Part shown: piece after piece, positions 10,161 through 19,583 of the stretch | How positions within the stretch are numbered: position 1 is the first letter of the stretch | Layout: each line of letters begins with the position of its first letter | Assembly (NCBI GenBank): GCA_963662335.2 | Contig: CAXXVD010000001.1 | Location: 96,001 to 160,000, forward strand | Reading direction: 5' to 3' | From: Chloroflexota bacterium | GTDB taxonomy: Bacteria; Chloroflexota; UBA11872; VXOZ01 | DNA: 64,000 nt | Translations under genes and position numbers: made by a program | Notes under the pieces: generated by a model | What the model was told of the DNA's origin: nothing | The model's database searches: none | The model's input: only the letters and a program-made list of their open reading frames with translations

Positions 10161-10500
10161 TGCAAATGTCATTCCGAGCGCAGCGAGGAATCTAATGCTG
10201 CTGCTGCTGCTGCTGCTCGTGCAGTGCCGTACTCTAGATTCCTCACTTCGTTCCACCGGCGGCATGCAAATGTCATTCCGAGCGCAGCGAGGAATCTAGA
10301 GACGCTGATTGCGCAGGGCCGTACTCTAGATTCCTCACTTCGCTCCACCGGCGGCATGCAAATGTCATTCCGAGCGCAGCGAGGAATCTAGAGACGCTGA
10401 TTGTGCAGGGCTGTACTCTAGATTCCGCGAACAGGGTTCGACACTTCGCTGCGCTCCGTTCGGAATGACGCGTGAAGTCAGTTCTGGAAAACATGCCCCC
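10161..10500. repeat. Tandem array of three family-B REP doublets (BIME/REPIN-like), with a (GCT)7 microsatellite in the first spacer
   Basis: TGCAAATGTCATTCCGAGCGCAGCGAGGAATCTA at about 10161, 10265 and 10357, each followed by TACTCTAGATTCC. Confidence 0.85.
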
Positions 10501-10634
10501 GTCGGCCCGCCCGCGCCCCGCCGGCGGCAGTAAACCGCGACCGGTTGTAGGCGCGCGCACAGATAAATGTCCCGCATCCGGTATACTAGGACTAGAGCCG
10601 CCAAGACGCGCGTTGCAAGAGGAGGTTGCGCGGC

Positions 10635-11372
10635 ATGATACTCGAGGTTGGCATTGCCTTCGGCGCCGGCGTTCTCTCCTTCCTCTCACCCTGCTTTCTG
10701 CCGCTGGTGCCCGCCTATCTGGTCTATCTCGGCGGCCGCCACGTCAACGCGGTGCGCCACGATCAGCCGGCCCAGCGCGCCGTCATCATCAATGCGCTCG
10801 CCTTCATTCTCGGCTTTGGCACGATCTTCGTCGCGCTGGGCGTTGCCATCACGTTCGTCGGCCTGGCTTTTCAGCAGGGCTTGCCGACAATGCGGCTCGT
10901 GGGCGGCGCGCTGCTGGTCGTCTTTGGCTTGAGTTTTCTTGGGTTCCTGCGCATTCCCTGGCTGCAGCAGATCCTGCAGCGTGAGGTCTCGCTCCGCAAT
11001 ACGCCCCTGGGGCGCATCGACACCGAAAAGACCGGCCCGCCCACGTCGTTCTTGATTGGCCTCGTGTTCGGCACCGGCTGGACGCCGTGCGTGGGGCCGA
11101 TTCTTTCCGGGATTTTGCTCCAGGCCTCCGGCTCCGGCACCGTGCTCCAGGGCGGCATTCTGCTGGCAATCTACGCCGCCGGTATGGGCCTGCCGTTTCT
11201 TGCAATGGCGGTGGCGATCGAGCGCGCTAGCGCGGTCCTGAACTGGCTCAAGTCACACATGCTCGTGGTAGAGCGGGCGAGCGGGGTCTTCTTGATACTC
11301 ATGGGCATCGCGGTCGCGTCCAATTTCCTCGCGTACGTCAGCAGTATTCTCGGATTGTATTCGTTAGGGTAG
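10635..11372 (+). CDS. ccdA: CcdA/DsbD-beta family transmembrane electron transporter
   Basis: SFLSPCFLPLVP and GWTPCVGP (both redox Cys), about six TM segments, GAGGAGG RBS. Confidence 0.9.
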   Translation: MILEVGIAFGAGVLSFLSPCFLPLVPAYLVYLGGRHVNAVRHDQPAQRAVIINALAFILGFGTIFVALGVAITFVGLAFQQGLPTMRLVGGALLVVFGLSFLGFLRIPWLQQILQREVSLRNTPLGRIDTEKTGPPTSFLIGLVFGTGWTPCVGPILSGILLQASGSGTVLQGGILLAIYAAGMGLPFLAMAVAIERASAVLNWLKSHMLVVERASGVFLILMGIAVASNFLAYVSSILGLYSLG

Positions 11373-11483
11373 GCGCCCGAGACGACCGCGAGCCACAGCC
11401 CGCCTACAGAGGTGAAGAGCGCCAATGCCGGCGCGAGGATATACGTCATTCACAGGACGACTGCTATGAAGAGGAGGAAGGCA

Positions 11484-12140
11484 ATGCAACGGAGACGCCT
11501 ACTGTCACTGCTGTTCGCCGGCGCGTCCGCCACCGCCCTGGCGGCCTGCGGCGGCGGGTCGGACGAGACGGATGCGGCGGAAGAAGAGACTGCCGGCTCC
11601 GCGCAGGGGTCCGCAGCGGAGCCTACCGCGGCCCCAAAACAGGCGGAGATTCCCCCAACCCCCGCGCCCACCGCGGCGCCGGAACTGGACTTGCCCATGC
11701 TGGGCAAAGCGCCCGAAATCAACCTCGACACGTGGTTCAATTCCGAGCCAATTACGATGGCCAGCCTGGAGGGCAAGGCCGCGGCCCTGGTGGTCTTCTG
11801 GACCTACACCTGACCGGTGTGCCGCAGCGAAGTCCCCAGTTTGGTGGACCTCTTCAATACCTATCACGACGATAGGTTCAAGCTCATCACCGTGCACTTC
11901 CCGTATGCCGGCTCATCCCTGGACGCGGCGAAGATCAAGGAGCAAGCGGACAATCTTGGCGTCACCTATCCCGTTGTCGTCGACAACGACCTCTCGCTTT
12001 GGAATGCCTACGGCAACCGCGTGTTCCCGTCCTTCTACGGCATCGACCGGCAGGGCAACATCCGCTTTGCCAAGTTCGGCGGCGGCGACGGCATGGAAGC
12101 CGTTTTCGAAGCGGTGAAGAAACTCAAGGAGTTTGGCTAG
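11484..12140 (+). CDS. Tat-type lipoprotein thioredoxin-fold redoxin (TlpA/DipZ-like), putative selenoprotein with UxxC; TGA at 11811-11813 read as Sec
   Basis: MQRRRLL..LAAC signal; VVFWTYT-TGA-PVC continues in frame into ITVHFP, YPVVVDND, YGNRVFPSFYGIDRQGNIRF; split by the track into 11412..11813 and 11817..12140. Confidence 0.85.
11832..11849 (+). promoter_or_regulatory. Candidate bacterial SECIS hairpin
   Basis: GTCC-CCA-GTT-TGG-T-GGAC starting 18 nt after the TGA; same geometry as the hairpin at 60948-60965. Confidence 0.55.
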
Positions 12141-12358
12141 CGGGTTAGAGCCACCTGCCCTGGCAAGTGTTGGTTCGATTGTGTGTCCGTTCGCGGGGCG
12201 ACTGCTGCGCTGCGGACGGACAGTCATTTAACCCCCCCCCCCCTTAAACTCTCGCGCAGCCAGTAACTCGTGTTTCCCCCGGCATTGCCTCAGCCGTTAC
12301 GCGCCGCCTGTGCTAGGCTTGTGAGAACGGTTGCCAACACAGCAAAGGAGCGCATGGA

Positions 12359-13660
12359 ATGGACACCCAAAGTCTTCCCCAGCCCGCGCCGACGCCGGGC
12401 AATACCGCCTGGTGGACCCACGACCGTTTCGGCCTCTTCATCCACTGGGGCATCTACGCCCTGGCCGGCCGCCACGAGTGGGTGAAGAAATATGAAGAGA
12501 TCAGCGACGCGGACTACCAGCCGTACTTCGACCACTTCGATCCCGATCTCTACGACCCGGCGGAATGGGCGCGCGCGGCGCGGCAGGCCGGCATGAGGTA
12601 CGTCGTCCTTACCAGCAAGCACCACGACGGCTTCTGCCTGTGGGACAGCCAACTCACCGGCTACAAAGCCACCAACACGCCCGCCAAGCGCGACCTGCTG
12701 CGGCCCTTTGTCGAAGCCTTTCGCGCCGAGGGGCTAAAAGTGGGGTTCTACTACTCGCTCATCGACTGGCATCACCCTGAGTTTCCCGTGGACGGGGTGC
12801 ATCCCCAGGCCAACGACCTGGCGTTCCGGGAAGCTACCAAAGACCGCGACGTGCGCAAATACGCGGAGTATCTTCACGGCCAAGTGCGCGAAATCCTGAC
12901 CATGTTCGGTACCATCGACCTGCTCTGGCTCGACTTCTCGTATTCGCAGCAGGACTATGGCTGGAGCAGGGGCAAAGGCAAGGACGACTGGCAGAGCGAG
13001 GAACTCATCGCGATGGTGCGCGAAATAAACCCCGACATCATCATCAACAACCGCAGCGAAATCGAGCAGGACTTCCACACGCCGGAACAGTTCATCCCGC
13101 CCAGTTGGCTGCACGTGGACGGCAAGCCGGTGAACTGGGAGGCCTGCCAGACCCTGAACGGCTCCTGGGGCTACCACCGCGACAACCTGGACTGGAAGTC
13201 GCCAACGCTGCTGGTGCAGATGCTGATCGACTGCGTTTCGAAAGGCGGCAACATGCTCTTGAACGTCGGCCCTACGGCCCGCGGCCAGTTCGATCCCCGC
13301 GCCCAGGCGACGCTCGGCGCAATCGGGGGCTGGATGCGCCGGCACGGGCGCGCGATCTACGGCTGCACGCAGGCGCCGTTCACGCCCCCACGAGATTGCC
13401 GCTACACGTACAACCCCGAAACGAACCGGCTCTACCTGCACGTGCTCGCCTGGCCGCTGAAGTACCTGCACCTACCCGGCCTGCGCGGCCGCGTGCGCTA
13501 CGCCCAACTGCTGCACGACGGCTCGGAAGTCAAGACTTTGGACTTCACCCAACACCACCGCTACCCCAGCGGCGGCGAAGACCTGCTCACGCTGGAACTG
13601 CCCATCCAGATGCCTGACAATCTTGCGCCGGTGGTTGAACTCTTCTTGAACGACAGATAG
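12359..13660 (+). CDS. Alpha-L-fucosidase (GH29)
   Basis: RFGLFIHWG, TSKHHDGF, YYSLIDWHHP, LWLD, WEAC.T...WGY, NMLLNVGP. Confidence 0.9.
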   Translation: MDTQSLPQPAPTPGNTAWWTHDRFGLFIHWGIYALAGRHEWVKKYEEISDADYQPYFDHFDPDLYDPAEWARAARQAGMRYVVLTSKHHDGFCLWDSQLTGYKATNTPAKRDLLRPFVEAFRAEGLKVGFYYSLIDWHHPEFPVDGVHPQANDLAFREATKDRDVRKYAEYLHGQVREILTMFGTIDLLWLDFSYSQQDYGWSRGKGKDDWQSEELIAMVREINPDIIINNRSEIEQDFHTPEQFIPPSWLHVDGKPVNWEACQTLNGSWGYHRDNLDWKSPTLLVQMLIDCVSKGGNMLLNVGPTARGQFDPRAQATLGAIGGWMRRHGRAIYGCTQAPFTPPRDCRYTYNPETNRLYLHVLAWPLKYLHLPGLRGRVRYAQLLHDGSEVKTLDFTQHHRYPSGGEDLLTLELPIQMPDNLAPVVELFLNDR

Positions 13661-13752
13661 GATATGTACACCGGTAAACGTGCTTGCGCGCATGCACAGA
13701 AGATTCCGGTCGTATACGGTGCATGCGAGCGCCAATTCAAGGAGGCGTTGTA

Positions 13753-15165
13753 ATGGATACCCGGTACGCTCTTTTGCACGGCCTAAGTCGGCGCGCGCTC
13801 TTGCAGTCCACAGCCATAGCGGCTGGTGTGTTGGGACTTGCAGCGTGCGGCACGGTGGCCACCGCGCCCGCGGCCCAGCCCGAACAGGCCGCCGCTGAAG
13901 AGGCCCCCGCCAAGGCCGAAGAAGCGCCCAAAGAGGCTGAGCCGATCACCATCCAGTACTACACCGCGCTCAACGACCGGCAAACCGAACTCTACCCCAC
14001 CATGGTGGTGGACGAGTTCCAGGCGGCCTTTCCCGGCATTATGGTCGAAACGGTGCTCCGCGAGGGGCCGTTCTATGACAAGCTCCACGCGCTGGTCGCC
14101 GCCGGTGAGCCGCCGGACACGTCTTGGTTCTCGTATCCGGAGGCGTATCTACGCGGTGTCTTCACCCATGTGACTGATTATGTCAAGCGTGACAGCTATG
14201 ACATCAGCGTCTTCCCGGCGGGCGCGATGAAGACGCTCGCCATGTGGGAAGGCGACGTGCTGGGCCTGCCGAACCAGTCCGGCGGCTCGTGGCCGGTGAT
14301 GCCCTACAACAAGGAAATCCTGGCCAGCGAAGGCATCAGCGATCCGCCGCTGACCTGGACGGATGATAGCTGGAACGCCGAAGCCTGGCTCGAAGCCCTG
14401 CAGAAACTCGCCAAGTGGGAGGGCGACAACCCCACCCGCTTTGGCATCAACGGCATCGGCGCGGGCGTGATGGTCTACTGGGGCCCCATGTGGGCCGGCA
14501 GTTGGGTCAGCGAGGACCTGAAAACGGTCACCTGCGACAGCGAGGAGATGATCGCCGGCATCCAGTATCTGACCGATCTCGTGGCGCGCTATCGGGTCAT
14601 GGACAAGCCTGGCCAACTGAACGAAGTCTTTGGCACCGGCAACGCCCGCAACCTCTTCTTCGACGGCAAACTGGCGTTCTTCCGCACTTCCGGCGGCCAG
14701 ACTTTTGCCGTGGCTGAGGCCGTGAAGGACGGCAAGCCCTATGGATTCGCGCCCATTCCCAAGTTCGGCATCGTCGGCTCCGGCCAGGCGGTTGACCCCA
14801 ACGGCATCATTAGCGGCGCCAAGCACCCGGATGAGGGCTGGGAGTTCATCAAGTGGCAGGCCGATACGCCCAATTGGGCGATCACGCGCGGCAATGCGCC
14901 TTCGCGCCAGGACCACTTCGACGCCTGGGGCGAGGCGGTGTACGGCGGATTCGCGGCGGAAGCGCGGGTTGAGGTCTATCGCGAATCCTTGGCCCACGCG
15001 GTTAACATCGATCCTGTCTTCTCGTTGCCGAACTGGCGCATCCCCATTTGGCGCGACATGGTCGGCCCGGCCATGACCAAACTCTACAACGGCGAAGGCG
15101 ACGTGAAGGAGACTTTGGAGCAGCTCAAAGGCCAGATCGAGGGTGAAATGCCGGAGCTTGACTAG
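13753..15165 (+). CDS. Carbohydrate ABC solute-binding lipoprotein (SBP_bac_1, Tat signal)
   Basis: LSRRALL..LAAC, AAGEPPD, YNKE, KHPDEGWEFIKW; AGGAGG RBS. Confidence 0.8.
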   Translation: MDTRYALLHGLSRRALLQSTAIAAGVLGLAACGTVATAPAAQPEQAAAEEAPAKAEEAPKEAEPITIQYYTALNDRQTELYPTMVVDEFQAAFPGIMVETVLREGPFYDKLHALVAAGEPPDTSWFSYPEAYLRGVFTHVTDYVKRDSYDISVFPAGAMKTLAMWEGDVLGLPNQSGGSWPVMPYNKEILASEGISDPPLTWTDDSWNAEAWLEALQKLAKWEGDNPTRFGINGIGAGVMVYWGPMWAGSWVSEDLKTVTCDSEEMIAGIQYLTDLVARYRVMDKPGQLNEVFGTGNARNLFFDGKLAFFRTSGGQTFAVAEAVKDGKPYGFAPIPKFGIVGSGQAVDPNGIISGAKHPDEGWEFIKWQADTPNWAITRGNAPSRQDHFDAWGEAVYGGFAAEARVEVYRESLAHAVNIDPVFSLPNWRIPIWRDMVGPAMTKLYNGEGDVKETLEQLKGQIEGEMPELD

Positions 15166-15258
15166 CCGCGAGAACGGCTGTAAGCTCCGATTCACTCGCA
15201 TGTATTTCAAGAGGGGCGCGGGGTACCGTGCCCCTCTTGCGTAGGGAGGTTCTGCCGC

Positions 15259-16521
15259 ATGTCCGTATCCGTAGCTCAACTCGCCATCGCCGGCGGCGCG
15301 CCGGTGCGGGATGTCAAGACCCGGCCGTGGCCCGCCTGGCCGGTGGCCACCGAGGAGGACATTGCCGCCGTAGCCGATGTGCTGCGCAGCGGCAAGTGGA
15401 ACCGCTGGCGCAGCGACCGCGTGGAGGCGCTGGAAGAGGCGCTGCGGGAGTTCACCGGCGCGGCCCACGTAGTGGCTTTAGCGAGTGGGACTGCGGGACT
15501 GGAAGTCGCGCTCAAAGCGGTGGGCGTGCGTCCCGGCGACGAGGTCATCGTGCCCGCCTATACCTACGTTGCGACCGCCACGGCGGTCTTGCAGGTGGGC
15601 GGCGTGCCGGTCTTTGCCGACATCATCCCGGAAACGGAGAACGTCGCTCCCGCTTCGATGGAGTCGCTCATCACCGAGCGCACGCGCGCGCTCTTGCCCG
15701 TCCATGTTTCGGGGCTGCCCTGTGATATGGCCGCTATCAACGACCTTGCCACGCGGCATGGGCTTCGGGTCGTCGAGGACACTGCGCAGGGAATTGGCGG
15801 CCTTTGGAACGGCCAGCGTCTTGGCACGATTGGGGACGCGGGCGCCTATTCATTTCAGGCGAGCAAGAACCTGCCGGGCGGCGAGGGCGGCGCGGTGGTC
15901 ACGAACGACCCGGCAATCGCCGAAAGAGCCTTCATGTTGATGCACATCAACTACGAAGTCCTGGGCTGGAATTACCGGCTGACGGCCGTGCAAGCCGCGC
16001 TTATCCTCTCCCAGCTAGAACGCTTTCCACAGCAGCAGGCCCGCCGCCAGGCGAATGCCACCTTCCTGCGTGAAGCCTTGGCTGCGATTTCCGGCATTGC
16101 GCCCACGCGGGTAGACCCGTTCGTTACCGGCGACGGCTTGCACGGGCTGGGCGTGCGCTTTCTCAGCGACGAATTCAGTACCGGCGCGCCGGTCTCGCGC
16201 GAGACGTTTGCCAAAGCCCTGCGCGCCGAAGGCATCCCGTGTGCTCTGGGCTACGGCGCTCCGGTGTACAAGCTGCCGCTCTTCCAGGAGGCCCACAAGC
16301 GCATGCGAGACCAGTGCCCCGTGGCCTGCAACCATCCCGCAATGGCGGCCCAGGACTACGCCAACCTACATCTCCCAAACGTGGAACGCCTCTGCGGGCA
16401 GGGAGCGCTGCGCTTCAACCAGCCGCTCTTGCTCGGCTCGCGGGAGGACATGCAGGACATCGTGGACGCCGTAGCGAAGGTCCATGCCAACCAGGATGCG
16501 CTCGCCGCAACGGCAGTCTAG
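15259..16521 (+). CDS. DegT/DnrJ/EryC1/StrS PLP aminotransferase
   Basis: SGTAGL, PGDEVIVP.YT..AT, VEDTAQ, SFQASKNL.GGEGG, GWNYRL. Confidence 0.88.
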   Translation: MSVSVAQLAIAGGAPVRDVKTRPWPAWPVATEEDIAAVADVLRSGKWNRWRSDRVEALEEALREFTGAAHVVALASGTAGLEVALKAVGVRPGDEVIVPAYTYVATATAVLQVGGVPVFADIIPETENVAPASMESLITERTRALLPVHVSGLPCDMAAINDLATRHGLRVVEDTAQGIGGLWNGQRLGTIGDAGAYSFQASKNLPGGEGGAVVTNDPAIAERAFMLMHINYEVLGWNYRLTAVQAALILSQLERFPQQQARRQANATFLREALAAISGIAPTRVDPFVTGDGLHGLGVRFLSDEFSTGAPVSRETFAKALRAEGIPCALGYGAPVYKLPLFQEAHKRMRDQCPVACNHPAMAAQDYANLHLPNVERLCGQGALRFNQPLLLGSREDMQDIVDAVAKVHANQDALAATAV

Positions 16522-16535
16522 GAATCGCCAAGGCC

Positions 16536-17846
16536 ATGCTCAGCGCCGGAGTAGGACGCGCCACCCTCACGCCGCCGCTCGGCACGCCGCTCATCGGCTA
16601 CGGCGGGCGCGAGCGCGGCGCGGACGCCGTGCGCGACGACCTCTACGCCACGTCGTTGGTGCTTGCGGACGGCGAAACGACGGTAGCCCTCGTCACCTGC
16701 GACCTCTGCGCCTTGCCCGCGCAGCAGGTGCGCTACGTGCAACGGCGGCTCGAGGAGCGCGCCGGCATCCCGCCCGGCCACGTGCTCATCAATACCTCGC
16801 ACACTCACTCGGGGCCGTTGACTACGTTCAATGAGGAGACCCCGGCCGGTCTGCGGCGTGTCGTGCTGAATCTGCTCGATGGCATCGCAGAGTCGGTCGT
16901 CCAAGCGGCGGCAAAGCTCGTGCCTTGCCAAATCAGGGCGGGCACGGGTTCTGTGCGCGCGAGCATCAACCGGCGCAAGCGCAACGGCTACAGCGACGCG
17001 GTGACGCCGGACTCGCCGGCGGGCACGGTGGATCCCGCTCTGCACGTGGCGCGGATCGACGGCGTTGACGGCGTGCCACTCGCAATTCTCACTAGCTACG
17101 CCTGCCATCCGGTGGCGCTGCGCCCGCCCAGCCACGTCGTCTCCGCGGACTTCGTCTGCGCGCTGCGCGAGGCCGTGGAGCCGCAGATCGGCGCGCCGCT
17201 GCTCTTCGCTCAAGGCGCGGCCGGCAATCTGGTGCCAATCGGCCCGGAGATGGAGATGGAAGAGCGGCTGCAACTGACGGGGAGAATGCTCGGCGCTGAG
17301 GCCCTGCGCGTGCACGCCGCCCTGGGCGCTGAGGACGGTCCTTCTTCTGCAACGCAAGCTGGCGCTGCGCTGGCCGCTCCCGAGCCTACCGCTGCGTCCG
17401 GCGGCGCAACGGCCACAGCCCAGAGACCGGTGCTCGCCGCCGCAGCGGAAACCCTCTTGCTCGACCTTTGGACAGACCAGCCGAAAGCCACCGGCGCGGG
17501 ACACGCGCACCGGACGTTTCCCTATCTCACCCCGCCGTTGGTGGACGGCAAGGTAGAATGCGCGGTGCAGTCCCTGCGAATTGGCGATCTGGCGTTCGTG
17601 GGCGTCGCGGGTGAAGCCTTTGTGGAGATCGGCCTGGCCGTAAAGGAACGCTCGCCCTTTTCCCACACCATCTTCTTGGGCTACACCAACGGCTGCCTGG
17701 GCTATATTCCCATCGCCGCCGCCTACCCCAACGGCGGCTACGAAGTCCACCGCGCCTACGCCGTCTACCGCCTGCCCGCCACAATAGCCCCTGGCAGCGC
17801 CGACAGAGTTATCGACACCAGTCTAAGGCTACTGTGCGCTCTCTGA
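16536..17846 (+). CDS. Neutral/alkaline ceramidase-like amidohydrolase
   Basis: TPPLG.PL.GY, SHTHSGP, YACHP, SAD, QGAAGN, GYTNG..GYIP, GGYE; start ATG 16536. Confidence 0.75.
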   Translation: MLSAGVGRATLTPPLGTPLIGYGGRERGADAVRDDLYATSLVLADGETTVALVTCDLCALPAQQVRYVQRRLEERAGIPPGHVLINTSHTHSGPLTTFNEETPAGLRRVVLNLLDGIAESVVQAAAKLVPCQIRAGTGSVRASINRRKRNGYSDAVTPDSPAGTVDPALHVARIDGVDGVPLAILTSYACHPVALRPPSHVVSADFVCALREAVEPQIGAPLLFAQGAAGNLVPIGPEMEMEERLQLTGRMLGAEALRVHAALGAEDGPSSATQAGAALAAPEPTAASGGATATAQRPVLAAAAETLLLDLWTDQPKATGAGHAHRTFPYLTPPLVDGKVECAVQSLRIGDLAFVGVAGEAFVEIGLAVKERSPFSHTIFLGYTNGCLGYIPIAAAYPNGGYEVHRAYAVYRLPATIAPGSADRVIDTSLRLLCAL

Positions 17847-17967
17847 CCCCCGTCCCCTGGATTCCCACTTTGCGGGAATGATGGAATCCGTCGTGCTACT
17901 TTCATGGTATTGACGGCTTAGATTGAAACCACCTAAAAGACCTTGGTCAAGCGGTCAATTGGCGAAA

Positions 17968-18756
17968 CTAGCTACTCGCGCTGGAGTACTTGGTCAGCGC
18001 GAACCGCCAGAAGAGGTGGGAGACGATGAGGAGGCCGGCGGTCATGGCGAAGGCGGCCAGCGCGAAGGTGGGGCTGAGGATGCCGATCAGGGCCTGGCTG
18101 GGGACGGTGGCGATGAAGGCCACCGGCAGTCCGAACGTCAAGCCAAAGCGCAGCGCGCCGCGGAAGACGTCGGTGGGCACGCGGGCGACCTCGATGAAGT
18201 TGTAGTAGAGGTACGCGATGTTGCGGAGCCGGCCGGCCCAGAAGACTGTCGAGACCGCCATGAACCAGAGCGAGTAAGCAATGAGGCAGGCGCACACGAC
18301 CAGCGCCAGGTAGAGCAGCGCGCCGGGCCACGTCACCGGCTCGCCGAACAGGCCGACCGCGTACCACAGCACGCCGCCGCCAATCAGCACCTGCACCAGC
18401 GGGTCCCAATCGAACTTGCGCGTAGAGACGTAGAACCGGGCGCTGACGGGCTTGCTCAACACGAAGTCCAGTTCGCCGCGATTGATGAGGTCGGAGAGCG
18501 CGTTCATGTTTTCGCCAAAGATCGTCTCCACAACGCCGTCCACGAGCATCACGGTGGCGGCCAGCACGAGCATGTGTTCCATGCGCCAGCCGGCGATGGC
18601 CTGCACGTGGCCGAAGATGAAGTGGATCGAGGCGACGTACACCGCGGAGTAGAGGATGGTCGCCACGCTCCACACCACCGTGCTCAAGCGGTATTCCAGC
18701 GCGTTCAGGATGGAGTTCTTGGCAAAGGCGGCGTAGAGCCGCAGGTAGCGTGCCAT
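17968..18756 (-). CDS. ABC-2 type permease (DUF990 family), subunit B, copy 2
   Basis: GELDFVLSKPVS, P.DVF, LPVAFIATVP; multi-TM. Confidence 0.85.
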   Translation of the reverse strand: MARYLRLYAAFAKNSILNALEYRLSTVVWSVATILYSAVYVASIHFIFGHVQAIAGWRMEHMLVLAATVMLVDGVVETIFGENMNALSDLINRGELDFVLSKPVSARFYVSTRKFDWDPLVQVLIGGGVLWYAVGLFGEPVTWPGALLYLALVVCACLIAYSLWFMAVSTVFWAGRLRNIAYLYYNFIEVARVPTDVFRGALRFGLTFGLPVAFIATVPSQALIGILSPTFALAAFAMTAGLLIVSHLFWRFALTKYSSASS

Positions 18757-18759
18757 CGT

Positions 18760-19572
18760 TCAGCCTCCGTACGCGCCGTAGCGGCGCAGGCCGGCGGCCA
18801 AGACGCGCCGCATCAGCAGGAACGCCGCCAAGAGCCACGCCGCCTGCACCGCCAGCCCGCCCAGCGCCGCGAGAAAGTCGAGCCGGCCCTGGAGCAACTG
18901 CACGGGGAAGAAGTAGAGGTAGCGAAACGGCAGGAACTCCGTGGCGCGTTCCACGGCGCTCGGCATGAGGTCCAAGGGGATGATGCTGCCGGCCAGAAAC
19001 ATCATGACGACCAGATAGGCCTCGATGATGCCGTCCACCTGACCCACCCAGAATGCCAGCAAGCCCAAGGTTGCTTTCAAACAGTAGCTGAGCAGGAACG
19101 AGAACACCGCGCTCAGGAGCAAGATGGGCGCGGTCTCCCACCGGAGGCCGAAACTGCCGACTAAGCCCTGCCCAAAGATCAGGAAGAAGAGCAGCAGCAT
19201 CGGCGCCAGAAAGAAGACGCGCACGCCCCGCCAGGCCACCTCTCCCGTCAGTTGCTCCAAGAGATAGGGAAACGGGCGCACGAGGTACTTCGAGAACTGG
19301 CCGCTGCGGATCAAGCCGCTCGTATTCCACTCCGGATGCGGCGTGAGCAGCGTGCTAAGCACGAGAAACAGGACGTAGTAGTTCACCATGTCGTGGACCG
19401 TGTAGTCGCCTACCCGCTCCACAGTGCGGTAGGCCGCGGTCCAGAGGGCAATCATCACCAGCGGCAGCACGGCGTCGCCGACGAACCACACGAGCGACTC
19501 GGCGCGGTACATCAAGGAGTCTTGCCAGGAGGCAAGAAAGAGCACGCGTACTTTACGAAGCAGTTTCGGCAT
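18760..19572 (-). CDS. ABC-2 type permease (DUF990 family), subunit A, copy 2
   Basis: YRAE, IRSG.FS.YLVRP, LAG.IIPLDL.P, LPFRY..FP, YGAYGG. Confidence 0.85.
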   Translation of the reverse strand: MPKLLRKVRVLFLASWQDSLMYRAESLVWFVGDAVLPLVMIALWTAAYRTVERVGDYTVHDMVNYYVLFLVLSTLLTPHPEWNTSGLIRSGQFSKYLVRPFPYLLEQLTGEVAWRGVRVFFLAPMLLLFFLIFGQGLVGSFGLRWETAPILLLSAVFSFLLSYCLKATLGLLAFWVGQVDGIIEAYLVVMMFLAGSIIPLDLMPSAVERATEFLPFRYLYFFPVQLLQGRLDFLAALGGLAVQAAWLLAAFLLMRRVLAAGLRRYGAYGG

Positions 19573-19583
19573 TCCAAGTTCGC

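Noticed and set aside
10161-10470. CRISPR-like array or small ORFs (9933..10265, 10169..10357, 10273..10689)
   Set aside because: Units are inverted REP doublets, two spacers are near-identical, and the ORFs are translations of the repeat (LDSSLRSE, RFLAALGMT).
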